A stretch of 17,827 bases of DNA from Candidatus Aenigmatarchaeota archaeon (GCA_029932645.1 JAOZPR010000012.1:1-17827), one strand, 5' to 3'. Counted from the first letter of the stretch, positions 8,894-16,978 are shown. A program made the numbers and translations. The notes: generated from the letters alone by a model not told the origin.

Positions 8894-9418
8894 TTATTTT
8901 ATAGCTATCTCATTAATACCAAGAACAACCAAAGCCAGCTTATCCCCGGCCTTTTCCATCTCTTCGAAGCTTGTTCCCTGTACGATTATTATTTTATCGT
9001 TGGTCAGCTCAACGCTCATATTAGTAGCACCTGTCGTCGGGCCTTTCAACAGAATTGTTGTATATTGGAATGTTGCGTTTTCCATTGGAATGCCCTTAAA
9101 ATCCTTTGCCCAGCCCAGCGATGTATAATAAGTCTGGAGCTTTGAAACGATATTAAATCCAACGACAGCAAAATATTTGTTGTCCTCATCTGACGCATTG
9201 AACACAACATCTACTCTGTTGGCGTTATCTATAAGCTCTTTTATCTTTTTCGGTTCGTTCACCGACACATTTATGGACTCCAAGATGTTTGACGTAAACG
9301 CATAAACATGATTGCCGATGCGTATTTTGTGCAGACTCTGCTGCTTCTCGGTGCACATGGATGAAAAAACCAGCACTAAGACCAAAAAGCATAAGATGTA
9401 TTTTTTATAATTCATCAT
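8894..9418 (-). CDS. Exported/lipoprotein-like hypothetical protein
   Basis: Basic N-terminus, hydrophobic stretch ending SSMC, several N-x-S/T sequons. Start could be 9445, 9418 or 9415. Confidence 0.75.
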   Translation of the reverse strand: MMNYKKYILCFLVLVLVFSSMCTEKQQSLHKIRIGNHVYAFTSNILESINVSVNEPKKIKELIDNANRVDVVFNASDEDNKYFAVVGFNIVSKLQTYYTSLGWAKDFKGIPMENATFQYTTILLKGPTTGATNMSVELTNDKIIIVQGTSFEEMEKAGDKLALVVLGINEIAIK

Positions 9419-9487
9419 ATAATCCCTTGATAAAACCAACGTCATACTGAATTATTCGATAAAAAAGGATAAATAAATTATCTGCTG

Positions 9488-9592
9488 CTATGAGAAACTT
9501 GCTTTTGCCTTCAGAATCAGAAAAAATGAAACCAGTAGTATGACTATAACAATCCAGATGAAATACTCATTTGGGCTCGGCATGGTTATCAT
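9488..9592 (-). CDS. Putative 34-aa single-TM microprotein
   Basis: MITMPSPNEYFIWIVIVILLVSFFLILKAKASFS*; GGTGA SD 5 nt upstream of the ATG; fills the gap between co-oriented genes; below the ORF-track size cut-off. Confidence 0.65.
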   Translation of the reverse strand: MITMPSPNEYFIWIVIVILLVSFFLILKAKASFS

Positions 9593-9615
9593 TATAATCA
9601 CCAGAGTGCAACAAT

Positions 9616-10104
9616 TCAGTCCATAAGTTCGTCATACAAGGCTTTATAGCCCTTCGTTGCAAGCACTGCTTCGTCCTTTAAAATCTCAATAGATATCGCG
9701 CCCTCTTTTTGAAGTCTTTTTGCGTCCCCTGTGAAATTATCAGACGAAAGCAGCTGTGTAACAACCTCTTTGCTTGCCCTGATTCTTATATCAGCTTCTT
9801 CCGAATCGCCTTTTAATACCAGAACATTATGCTCATTCACGGTCGCATAAAAACTCTGGTTGTCCACAACTATCTCTATAACTGCTTTTTCTCCAGACAG
9901 CGAATCATGCAACTTGTATCCGCCTATTTCATTTATAATCCATTGGACGTGTTCTGTGCCAACAGACTCGTTGGGAAGCGGCACTGCCGGTTTTTCTATG
10001 TACGGCTTGCTTACAAAGGTCGGTGATATAATAAAGAAATACGCATAACCAGCCAGCAAAGCAAGAGCTGCAACAATTGCGATTATAGCCGGCACCTTTC
10101 TCAT
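9616..10104 (-). CDS. Membrane-anchored hypothetical protein, possible SCP2-like C-terminal domain
   Basis: N-terminal TM, Pro-rich linker, then ...FYATVNEHNVLVLKGDSEEADIRIRASKEVVTQLL...EGAISIE, reminiscent of the SCP2 pattern. Confidence 0.7.
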   Translation of the reverse strand: MRKVPAIIAIVAALALLAGYAYFFIISPTFVSKPYIEKPAVPLPNESVGTEHVQWIINEIGGYKLHDSLSGEKAVIEIVVDNQSFYATVNEHNVLVLKGDSEEADIRIRASKEVVTQLLSSDNFTGDAKRLQKEGAISIEILKDEAVLATKGYKALYDELMD

Positions 10105-10356
10105 AAGATGAATTTGTTGATAAGCTGTATATAAAATTTATGTTAAGAATGGATAATAAACCAATTCTCATAACTCGACTATGATCGAATGATTTGAATG
10201 CAACACTTGATTATAACCGAATGAGTATATATCGAAAAATCTATTAAAGCAAAGGCTAAGGCGTTGCCTAAGATTTCGCCAACAAGGTTTTCATTGGCTG
10301 AAATGCTAGAGATAATCAATAAAAACAAAATAACTCTATTAGAAAAATCAAATATA

Positions 10357-10400
10357 AAATAAAAAGAAAAAAGGTGTCTCGCAAAAAGCGAGCTAACCTT
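10357..10400 (-). terminator. Hairpin + U-tract terminator of the S-layer gene
   Basis: Minus strand, 10 nt after the stop: AAGGT-tag-CTCGC-TTTTT-GCGAG-ac-ACCTT followed by TTTTCTTTTTATTTT. Confidence 0.75.
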
Positions 10401-10410
10401 CAGCTTTTTC

Positions 10411-12522
10411 TTACACGACGTTTACTGTGTCTGCTTCTGTGGTTACCTTGACTTCTTCCTTGTCTGCGAACTCAGTTGCATAGTTGCCATAGTTCTGCAA
10501 CACATGGCATGCTTCCACTGTGTCTGCAGCGTCTGTACCTGCAACAATCAAAGCAAGAGAACCGTCTCCAAATGCGTCCTCTACAAGCTTTATCATTGCC
10601 TCGCCAGAGCTGAAGTGGTCTAGCCATGCAGTATAGGTGTCTGTGGTATTCCACTCTGCGCTAAGCAATTCCTTTACCAATGTGTTGACACTAGGTCCAC
10701 CAATCAAAATCAGGTTTCCTGCCTTGTCCTCACTGTTTACTTCTGTGTCCAGCTTTGCGACAGATGCTTCAATATACTGTGCTACCTGAATTGTGTCGCC
10801 TTCTGTCTCGGTGGTTGTTGTGCCTGTTCCTGAAAGGATTACGTTCACCTTCACAACATCGCCAGGAATCTCTAATAATACTTCGTCCCTGTCCATGTTG
10901 TTTTCTGGCTCATCTATTACAATTCCGTATTCAGTCCTGTAGTTCTTGTCTTTGTTTGATATATCCGTAGCGCCATACTTGATATCGTCTGTGTCAGCGT
11001 CCTCTGCTGTGGCACCGAAGTGCTGAACAGTTGTCGTGCTGACGTTCAACACTATGTCACCTGTTTCTTCTGTTTCGTCTGTTATGTCCAACGTTATGAC
11101 AGAAGTTGTATTTGTCCAATCTACGGTAAATTCTGTGTCATCATAGCTGAACTTGAACAAGTCAGCTTGCGCGGCAGATAAATTCTTGGCAGCACTGTAT
11201 TGTGTTCGTCCGTCTGAGTCAACATACCATAGCGCGGACTCGTTTAGAGCTCCTTTCTTCATGTATAGATAAACCGCTGCCACCTCTTCTGAGCCTACTT
11301 TGAACGCATCGTCCTTTTCACCCTCGAAGATAAGTACTGTCGCGTCGTCTACATCATGTGTGTCGTCGTCTGGGTCGTCCAAATCCTTTGTATCGAAGGA
11401 TATCTTATAGTCCTGATAGTCTGTGACTGTTGCTTTATCTAATTTAATTTCAAAGTAGTCGTTAGGCAATTTCAAGGATTCTCCTATATAGACTGGTGCT
11501 GGATCGTCGTCTGGGTCGTTTGACTTCTGGTTATATTCTATGCCGATATACTCCAATTTTGTTCCGTCTGTGGAGAAATCCCATATCCATAATGCGTCGG
11601 CCTCCTTGCTGGGCTCACCAAACGGCTCCAAAGAATCACCATCGCTGAATTTTTTGCTAACCTCGTCTCCTATTTTCAAGATTGCTGCTCTGTCTGCCTT
11701 CTCGTCCACGTAGAATATACTATCTACCTTTATCTTTACACCATTTACTTTTTTTGTTTCGCTTTTATCTATGACTGCTGTCTCCTCGGTCGTGCCTTTG
11801 ACTGTCACACTGACTGCGTCAGAGCCTATCCCATTTACTGTGACGGTTTTACCGTCTGTTTCAACAGACTCATCAACACCAAGCATGTACTCCGTAGCCA
11901 ATTCGAGTGTTATTGTGTCTGGTGTTCCATTTGTGACATTGGTTATTGTCAAGTCCTTTCCTAGGAATGTTATCTTTAGCTCGTCCTGATCTGTTCCTGT
12001 ACCAATATCTGCTATCTTTACAGTGTCGTCAAAAATGTATCGATATTTAATAGCGCCGTCATTGGTTATCAATGCTATCTTGTCGCCAAAATCATCGTCC
12101 TGCTCTGTGCTAACTATTTTCAAGTCAGTTGTGAAGGTTACTTCTTCTTTTACATCGATTGCCTCATCGTTGAAGTCTATGTCTGTGTCAAGAAGACCAT
12201 CAACATCCGAGTCATCTACTGTGCCAAAAATGGTGTACAAATCTTCTTTGATGCCGACTTCTTCTTCTTTGCCTCCTGTTACGGTTGTTGTTGCCTCACC
12301 TGCTGGTGTTGCTTTTCCTACACTTGCTAATCCTGCTCCGAGGTCGATAGCACCCACGACGTCAGATGTTGCTGCTGTTGCACCCACTACGATTACTGAA
12401 TTGAATTCTCCGTCTTCGACAAATGGCACTGGAAAGTCTGCTAGTGTAGTTGCAAATCCTACGGTTGACAACGCCATCATGGCGCCCATAGCACCTGCAG
12501 CTAAAATCTTTTTAAGTTGCAT
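10411..12522 (-). CDS. S-layer protein (Methanococcales/Thermococcales-type N- and C-terminal domains)
   Basis: MQLKKILAAGAMGAMM signal peptide, LADFPVPFV..IVVGATAATSDVVGAIDL N-domain, NLILIGGPSVN..LIVAGTDAADT C-domain; very D/E/T-rich; SD AAGGTGA. Confidence 0.93.
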   Translation of the reverse strand: MQLKKILAAGAMGAMMALSTVGFATTLADFPVPFVEDGEFNSVIVVGATAATSDVVGAIDLGAGLASVGKATPAGEATTTVTGGKEEEVGIKEDLYTIFGTVDDSDVDGLLDTDIDFNDEAIDVKEEVTFTTDLKIVSTEQDDDFGDKIALITNDGAIKYRYIFDDTVKIADIGTGTDQDELKITFLGKDLTITNVTNGTPDTITLELATEYMLGVDESVETDGKTVTVNGIGSDAVSVTVKGTTEETAVIDKSETKKVNGVKIKVDSIFYVDEKADRAAILKIGDEVSKKFSDGDSLEPFGEPSKEADALWIWDFSTDGTKLEYIGIEYNQKSNDPDDDPAPVYIGESLKLPNDYFEIKLDKATVTDYQDYKISFDTKDLDDPDDDTHDVDDATVLIFEGEKDDAFKVGSEEVAAVYLYMKKGALNESALWYVDSDGRTQYSAAKNLSAAQADLFKFSYDDTEFTVDWTNTTSVITLDITDETEETGDIVLNVSTTTVQHFGATAEDADTDDIKYGATDISNKDKNYRTEYGIVIDEPENNMDRDEVLLEIPGDVVKVNVILSGTGTTTTETEGDTIQVAQYIEASVAKLDTEVNSEDKAGNLILIGGPSVNTLVKELLSAEWNTTDTYTAWLDHFSSGEAMIKLVEDAFGDGSLALIVAGTDAADTVEACHVLQNYGNYATEFADKEEVKVTTEADTVNVV

Positions 12523-12690
12523 TTTTTCACCTTATGTTTGTTTTTTGAATGCCTTATTCCATACCTACGGTATGGAGGCGTTAGTCGACTAACGAAAAGG
12601 CTTAACTTTTCGTTATCACAATCTGAAACATAGGCCAAACTAGGCCCAAGTTTCGAATTATACTATGTATAGAGGCTATATATAAAATTT
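12523..12690 (-). promoter_or_regulatory. S-layer promoter (TATA box) and structured 5' leader
   Basis: Minus-strand TTTTATATATA at 12687-12677; stems at 12625-12654, 12590-12615 and 12558-12576; 16-bp palindrome at 12579-12594; SD at 12533-12527. Confidence 0.65.
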
Positions 12691-12907
12691 GAGTGAAAAA
12701 GTCGCATAGCGCGCTTTTGGCGCGTGTCGACAACAATAATATTGTTTATATCATTAGAATAATGAATATAAAAGTTGCTAAGCTCGTATTTTTGCTTTTT
12801 GGACAGTATTGCTACATATTTTATGGTCAAATTTCGGGGTTTTGCTTTTGTGGCAAATTATAGCAAATTAAGATGAAGTTGATTGCTTTGGCTCTGATTT
12901 GCGAAGT

Positions 12908-13807
12908 TTATTCTTCTTTTTTTCTTGCTTTGTGTTCTAATAATTGTATTTTGTTTGTTCGTCCGACTCTTGTGCGGCTGACAAGACCTCTTTGCTCGAG
13001 GTTCTGGATGATGCGCGAGACTTTTGATTTAGACAAGTCCATTTTCTTTACGATTTCTCTCTGATTGACCTGTCTTTTTCCTGACGCAAGTAGCAGGCTA
13101 ACAACCTCACGTTCTTCTTTTGTGAGAACAGGTAATATCACATCATATGGCTTTTTTCTGGAGAGGAAAAGAACTGCAGCGAGCAGCAAAAAAACAATCA
13201 CAACAAGCAAAGTTGTTGGTGATGTGGGGAGTTCGACGCGCTCAAAAAATATAGAAACATCAAAGGTCGTTCCTAGCCTAGGTTTTGTTTTGGACCAAGA
13301 GAGGTAGATGCGGCGACCGTCTGACCCGCGTGTTGCGTCTTCCGGACTGTATGGTTTCATACCTGACTGATTAAGTTTTCCCTGCTCAACTATCATGGCA
13401 CCTATCGGAAGTTTGACTATCAGAGAGAATTTCTCTGTCGGATTTGTGATAGAATAAGGATATGTAAAGTGATTTATTGTTCCCTGTTTTTTTACAAGCT
13501 CGTAAGCGTTGAACTCAAACCTTATCTTCTGCAAAGAAACGTCTTCACACAATATCAACGTTCCAATCTCGCGCTCTTTTAGCTCGCACACAAGTTCGCT
13601 GTTGTTCTCATCATATACGTGGACATCGGTAACTGGCGCTAGAACAAAATAGTCTGCCCGCTCAACAGTAATATTATATTCTATATCCACAGCCATATGA
13701 ACATAATCTTCATTTATCTCAGCAACTATGCCCAGTTCATTTACCTGGACAGCATTGACTAGTGGAACAAATAAAAGAATTAAGAGCAACGGCCAAAGCC
13801 TTTTCAT
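12908..13807 (-). CDS. Membrane protein with extracellular domain and C-terminal winged-HTH (COG2512-like)
   Basis: Signal peptide MKRLWPLLLILLFVPLVNA, beta-rich domain, TM LLVVIVFLLLAAVLFL, then LTKEEREVV..NQREIVKKMDLSKSKVSRIIQNLEQRGLVSRTRVGRTNKI. ATG at 13807 is preferred as start. Confidence 0.88.
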   Translation of the reverse strand: MKRLWPLLLILLFVPLVNAVQVNELGIVAEINEDYVHMAVDIEYNITVERADYFVLAPVTDVHVYDENNSELVCELKEREIGTLILCEDVSLQKIRFEFNAYELVKKQGTINHFTYPYSITNPTEKFSLIVKLPIGAMIVEQGKLNQSGMKPYSPEDATRGSDGRRIYLSWSKTKPRLGTTFDVSIFFERVELPTSPTTLLVVIVFLLLAAVLFLSRKKPYDVILPVLTKEEREVVSLLLASGKRQVNQREIVKKMDLSKSKVSRIIQNLEQRGLVSRTRVGRTNKIQLLEHKARKKEE

Positions 13808-13952
13808 AAATATATCTATAATCAACGATATGTTTAAAGCTTAGGGTTTTAGTATTGCTGGGATTTATCTATAAACTCTAATAAAAATTATGTAAGAAAT
13901 TATAAGGGCGTCTGAGAAGGACATGTAAAGAAAATATTATTGGACGCAGAAA

Positions 13953-14332
13953 CTAGCTTTTCTTATATCTAAATGTTCTTTCATAGTTTCGGTGGTTAAA
14001 AATATCCAATATCAAGTTGATTATCTCAACTTCTGTTCCTCTTATTGTGTAAATCATCCGCCAAGCGCCTGCGAGATTAACTTTCCACAAGTTGTTTACG
14101 TCATATAATTTAATGTATTTTTAGGAATGAGTTTCTTTGGTATGTTAATTCCATACTGAGGATTATTTCGAATTAATTCAATTTTTTGTTTAATTGAATT
14201 AAACAACGTCTGATGCTCGCTACTTGTTATACCTCTTGAAATTTCGTCACCAATAACTTTGTTCAATCTTTCAAATTCCTCCTTCGCATCTCCCGTAATA
14301 ATTACCTTGACCGGTTTTCCTCTAAAAGTCAT
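13953..14332 (-). pseudogene. RelE/ParE-like toxin interrupted by a 1-nt frameshift
   Basis: The 78-aa ORF reads ...NNPQYGINIPKKLIPK; shifting frame at the A5 run (T5 at 14118-14122 on +) continues YIKLYDVNNLWKVNLAGAWRMIYTIRGTEVEIINLILDIFNHRNYERTFRYKKS* to TAG at 13953. Span is 380 nt, one short of 127 codons. WRMIY and H--Y are RelE-like. Confidence 0.8.
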
Positions 14333-14595
14333 ATTTCTATCCCCTTTTCTATGGCCCTTTTTATTTTTGGGCTTTCGTTATAAATCCATAGTATGCCTTT
14401 TCTTCCGTCTATTATTTTTCCACTTTCTTCTAAATACTTTAGGGTGATGTTTAATGTTTGGTGCATGACCTTCTTGGGTAGATTTTTTTTAAGTTTTTCT
14501 CTAGTAAGCAGCCCATTTGCATTTTTAAGTGTCTCTTCTATCATTAACACGGTCTTCAAGTTTGGGTAGTGGATAATTTTCATTTCCTTTTGCAC
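14329..14595 (-). CDS. Small winged-HTH protein, putative antitoxin/regulator
   Basis: GTG at 14595 with SD AAGGTGA 5 nt upstream (ATG at 14583 is an alternative); HYPNLKTVLMIEETL..TREKLKKNLPKKVMHQTLNITLKYLEESGKI; ATGA overlap with the toxin start. Confidence 0.8.
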   Translation of the reverse strand: MQKEMKIIHYPNLKTVLMIEETLKNANGLLTREKLKKNLPKKVMHQTLNITLKYLEESGKIIDGRKGILWIYNESPKIKRAIEKGIEI

Positions 14596-14794
14596 ACGAC
14601 TCACCTTATTTATATAACTATATATAGATAGATATATAAGTTTATATAATTTTCGGTTATGAAGCTCGAAATGACAGAAAGAAACGCTAGCAAAAGCCGT
14701 GAAGACCGGCTCTTCTAATTTATTTATTTTTCGATTGCTCAAGATAGTAATATCATTCGCCTTTTGAAGAGCATCGTACCTCTTCGAAGAAATT

Positions 14795-15238
14795 TTATTT
14801 TTTCCCGGCCGGTGAAATAACCATTCCGCCAAGCCCAGCTGCGGCGAACTGGTGGATTAGCCCTGCAATCAGGTTTGTGAGGTTTTGCAACTCCTCTATG
14901 CTGACATCCAGCTTGTCTGGCCCGAGGATTTCTATGGCAGATGGGCCGTATACTATAACAACATTTATCAGCGAAAACAAATCCTTTACGAACAGCTCCA
15001 GGTCAACGACCTGAGAATATGCCTCTTCGACGCCCTTTGGTGGGTTGTCAACTTTCTTGATTTCCTTGAAATCCTTTTTATAGATGAAAACAGACGGTAT
15101 CTTTTCCATTTTCTCAACGTGCCTGCCGAGCGCCTGCTCCACAACATCTTTTCGCACGGCCATAACTTCAATTGCAAACCAGCATCTAATCCATTTTTCT
15201 TTTTCTTTCTGTTTTATTTTCTCATCAAGCTCTGCCAT
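14795..15238 (-). CDS. Hypothetical protein
   Basis: 147-aa ORF with SD AGGTG before the ATG at 15238; alpha/beta-looking sequence containing YGPSAIEILGP; function not recognised. Confidence 0.8.
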   Translation of the reverse strand: MAELDEKIKQKEKEKWIRCWFAIEVMAVRKDVVEQALGRHVEKMEKIPSVFIYKKDFKEIKKVDNPPKGVEEAYSQVVDLELFVKDLFSLINVVIVYGPSAIEILGPDKLDVSIEELQNLTNLIAGLIHQFAAAGLGGMVISPAGKK

Positions 15239-15314
15239 AAACAACACCTAGCCCATTTCAGATTATTTAATATCATCTAATAAGTTTAGTTGGTAAATTT
15301 TAAATATATCCATA

Positions 15315-15899
15315 TCACAATAGGAAAAATGTTTTGATTCCGGTTAATACCATTTGGACGCCTATGCTCATTATGAAAAGACCTATTATTCTTATAACTG
15401 CATTTATTATTCTGTGGTCTGCTTTTTCTGATATATGCAAACCCAGTAGCATAAGTAGAGTGTTTATAGATAATGCAAAGAACGTGGATATTATAACTAT
15501 GCCCATATCAATAGACGAGAGTGTTATCACTGTAGTTATTGCAGCAGGACCGGCTATAAGGGGCACGGCAAATGGCGAGGCAGCCATAGAGAACAAGTGG
15601 TCACGCTTTTCTATGGTGAACCCTTCTCCTTTCTCAAGCTGATTCTTTCCGATGAAAAGCAAAATTATACCGCCCGCTACCTTTAGCGCATTTATATCTA
15701 TATGGAATATGTCCTTCAGTACGAACGTTCCAGAAATGGCAAACAGTAAGAGAATAAAAAGTGCTATAAAGTTGGACTGGAATATTAAAGTGCTGAGGTC
15801 TTTAAACTTGTGTTTTTTTCTCAGCAAAAGTAATAGAAATATCTTATCCATCGGATTGAGCATCACGAGCATCAAAATAACTGTGCTTATTATTTCCAT
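15315..15899 (-). CDS. marC: MarC family membrane protein
   Basis: LNP, F-I...LKVAGGIILL, PFAVPLIAGPAAITTVI, RIIGLFIMSIGVQMVLTG. Confidence 0.93.
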   Translation of the reverse strand: MEIISTVILMLVMLNPMDKIFLLLLLRKKHKFKDLSTLIFQSNFIALFILLLFAISGTFVLKDIFHIDINALKVAGGIILLFIGKNQLEKGEGFTIEKRDHLFSMAASPFAVPLIAGPAAITTVITLSSIDMGIVIISTFFALSINTLLMLLGLHISEKADHRIINAVIRIIGLFIMSIGVQMVLTGIKTFFLL

Positions 15900-15926
15900 G
15901 TCTCTTACTACGCCAGCATAAACTAC

Positions 15927-16937
15927 TTAAACTTTTTGCCTGAAAACGCCTGGTATCTTCTCTCCGCAGCCCGGACACTTGCCATCCACGAGCTCGGTCT
16001 TTTGAGCGCTGTTGCCAAGCCGCTCTATAAGCATTTTGTGGCACTTCGGACAAAAAGTATGATTCTTGTCGTGGAAGGTGTTGCCTATGTAGACAAAGTC
16101 CAAGTGCTTTTCTGCTATGGCAGCTGCTTTCTCCAAGGTTGCGACAGGCGTCGGCGGCTTGTCCATCTTATAGCAAGGATAGTATGCTGAGAAATGTATT
16201 GGCGTGCCTTTACCAAGATTCTCCGCAACCCATTTGCACATCTGCTCTATATCTTTCGTGGAGTCATTCAGCGTTGGTATAATTAGATTCGTAATTTCTA
16301 TCCATGCGCCTATCTCTTTGTAAGTCAAAAGGGCCTTCTTTATTGGCTCGCGCCATGCTGAACACACGTCCCGATAAAACTTATTGCTGCCTTTCCAGTC
16401 TATATTAACGGCGTCTATCAGGCCTTTGGCTTTTTTTATTGGCTCGATACTGGTGAAGCCATTAGAAACCCAGACCTGCTTTATTCCGCGCTTCTTTGCG
16501 AGCTTTGCCGTGTCATAAAAAAACTCGTAGAAGACCGTGGGTTCTGTATATGTCCACGAGATGCTGGGCACACCAAGCTTGACAGCCATCTCTACAATTT
16601 GCTCTGGCGTCTTGTCTTCGCCAGCTATCTTGCCGCGAAGCCTCGGATACTGTGATATCTCCCAGTTCTGGCAGTGCTTGCATGCGAGATTACAGCCAAC
16701 TGTTGCTATGGACAAGGTTCGCGTGCCTGGCAAGAAATGAAACAATGGCTTCTTCTCTATGGGGTCTATCGCTATGGAAACCGGTTTCGCATAAACAAGA
16801 GAATAGAGGCTGCCGCCAGAGTTTTGCCTGACGCCACAGAAACCCGTTTTACCGACATCTATAATACATTCTCTAGGACAGAGATGGCACTGGACCTTTT
16901 TATCGGCCTTTGACGACCAGAACATCGCTTTATGCAT
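15927..16937 (-). CDS. amrS: AmmeMemoRadiSam system radical SAM enzyme
   Basis: N-terminal CHLCPREC...GFCGVR, DPIEKKPLFHF-PG, CNLACKHCQNWEISQ (CxxxCxxC), TYTEP, C-terminal CPKC...CPGC. Confidence 0.93.
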   Translation of the reverse strand: MHKAMFWSSKADKKVQCHLCPRECIIDVGKTGFCGVRQNSGGSLYSLVYAKPVSIAIDPIEKKPLFHFLPGTRTLSIATVGCNLACKHCQNWEISQYPRLRGKIAGEDKTPEQIVEMAVKLGVPSISWTYTEPTVFYEFFYDTAKLAKKRGIKQVWVSNGFTSIEPIKKAKGLIDAVNIDWKGSNKFYRDVCSAWREPIKKALLTYKEIGAWIEITNLIIPTLNDSTKDIEQMCKWVAENLGKGTPIHFSAYYPCYKMDKPPTPVATLEKAAAIAEKHLDFVYIGNTFHDKNHTFCPKCHKMLIERLGNSAQKTELVDGKCPGCGEKIPGVFRQKV

Positions 16938-16978
16938 ATTTATTAATTACTAAACAAAATATTAAAATTGAGGAAAAT

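Noticed and set aside
10105..10356. Hidden gene or ncRNA in the gap after the S-layer terminator
   Set aside because: Only short ORFs without convincing starts and one weak hairpin (~10274-10303); not supportable.
12023..12592. 189-aa plus-strand ORF and other antisense ORFs (e.g. 2328-2783, 6843-7277, 14885-15280)
   Set aside because: Antisense shadows of well-supported genes.
14115..14126. Canonical programmed -1 frameshift signal in the toxin
   Set aside because: U AAA AAU does not fit X XXY YYZ and no clear stimulatory stem was seen; kept only as an unexplained frameshift.
14650..14795. Hairpins AGCCG/CGGCT and GAAGAG/CTCTTC as a SECIS element, riboswitch or ribozyme
   Set aside because: No recognisable consensus and no in-frame UGA selenoprotein candidate nearby; may simply be terminator-like stems.
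14596..14832. N-terminal extension of the 167-aa ORF 14329-14832
   Set aside because: Runs through an AT-rich promoter and overlaps the upstream gene; a strong SD precedes GTG 14595.
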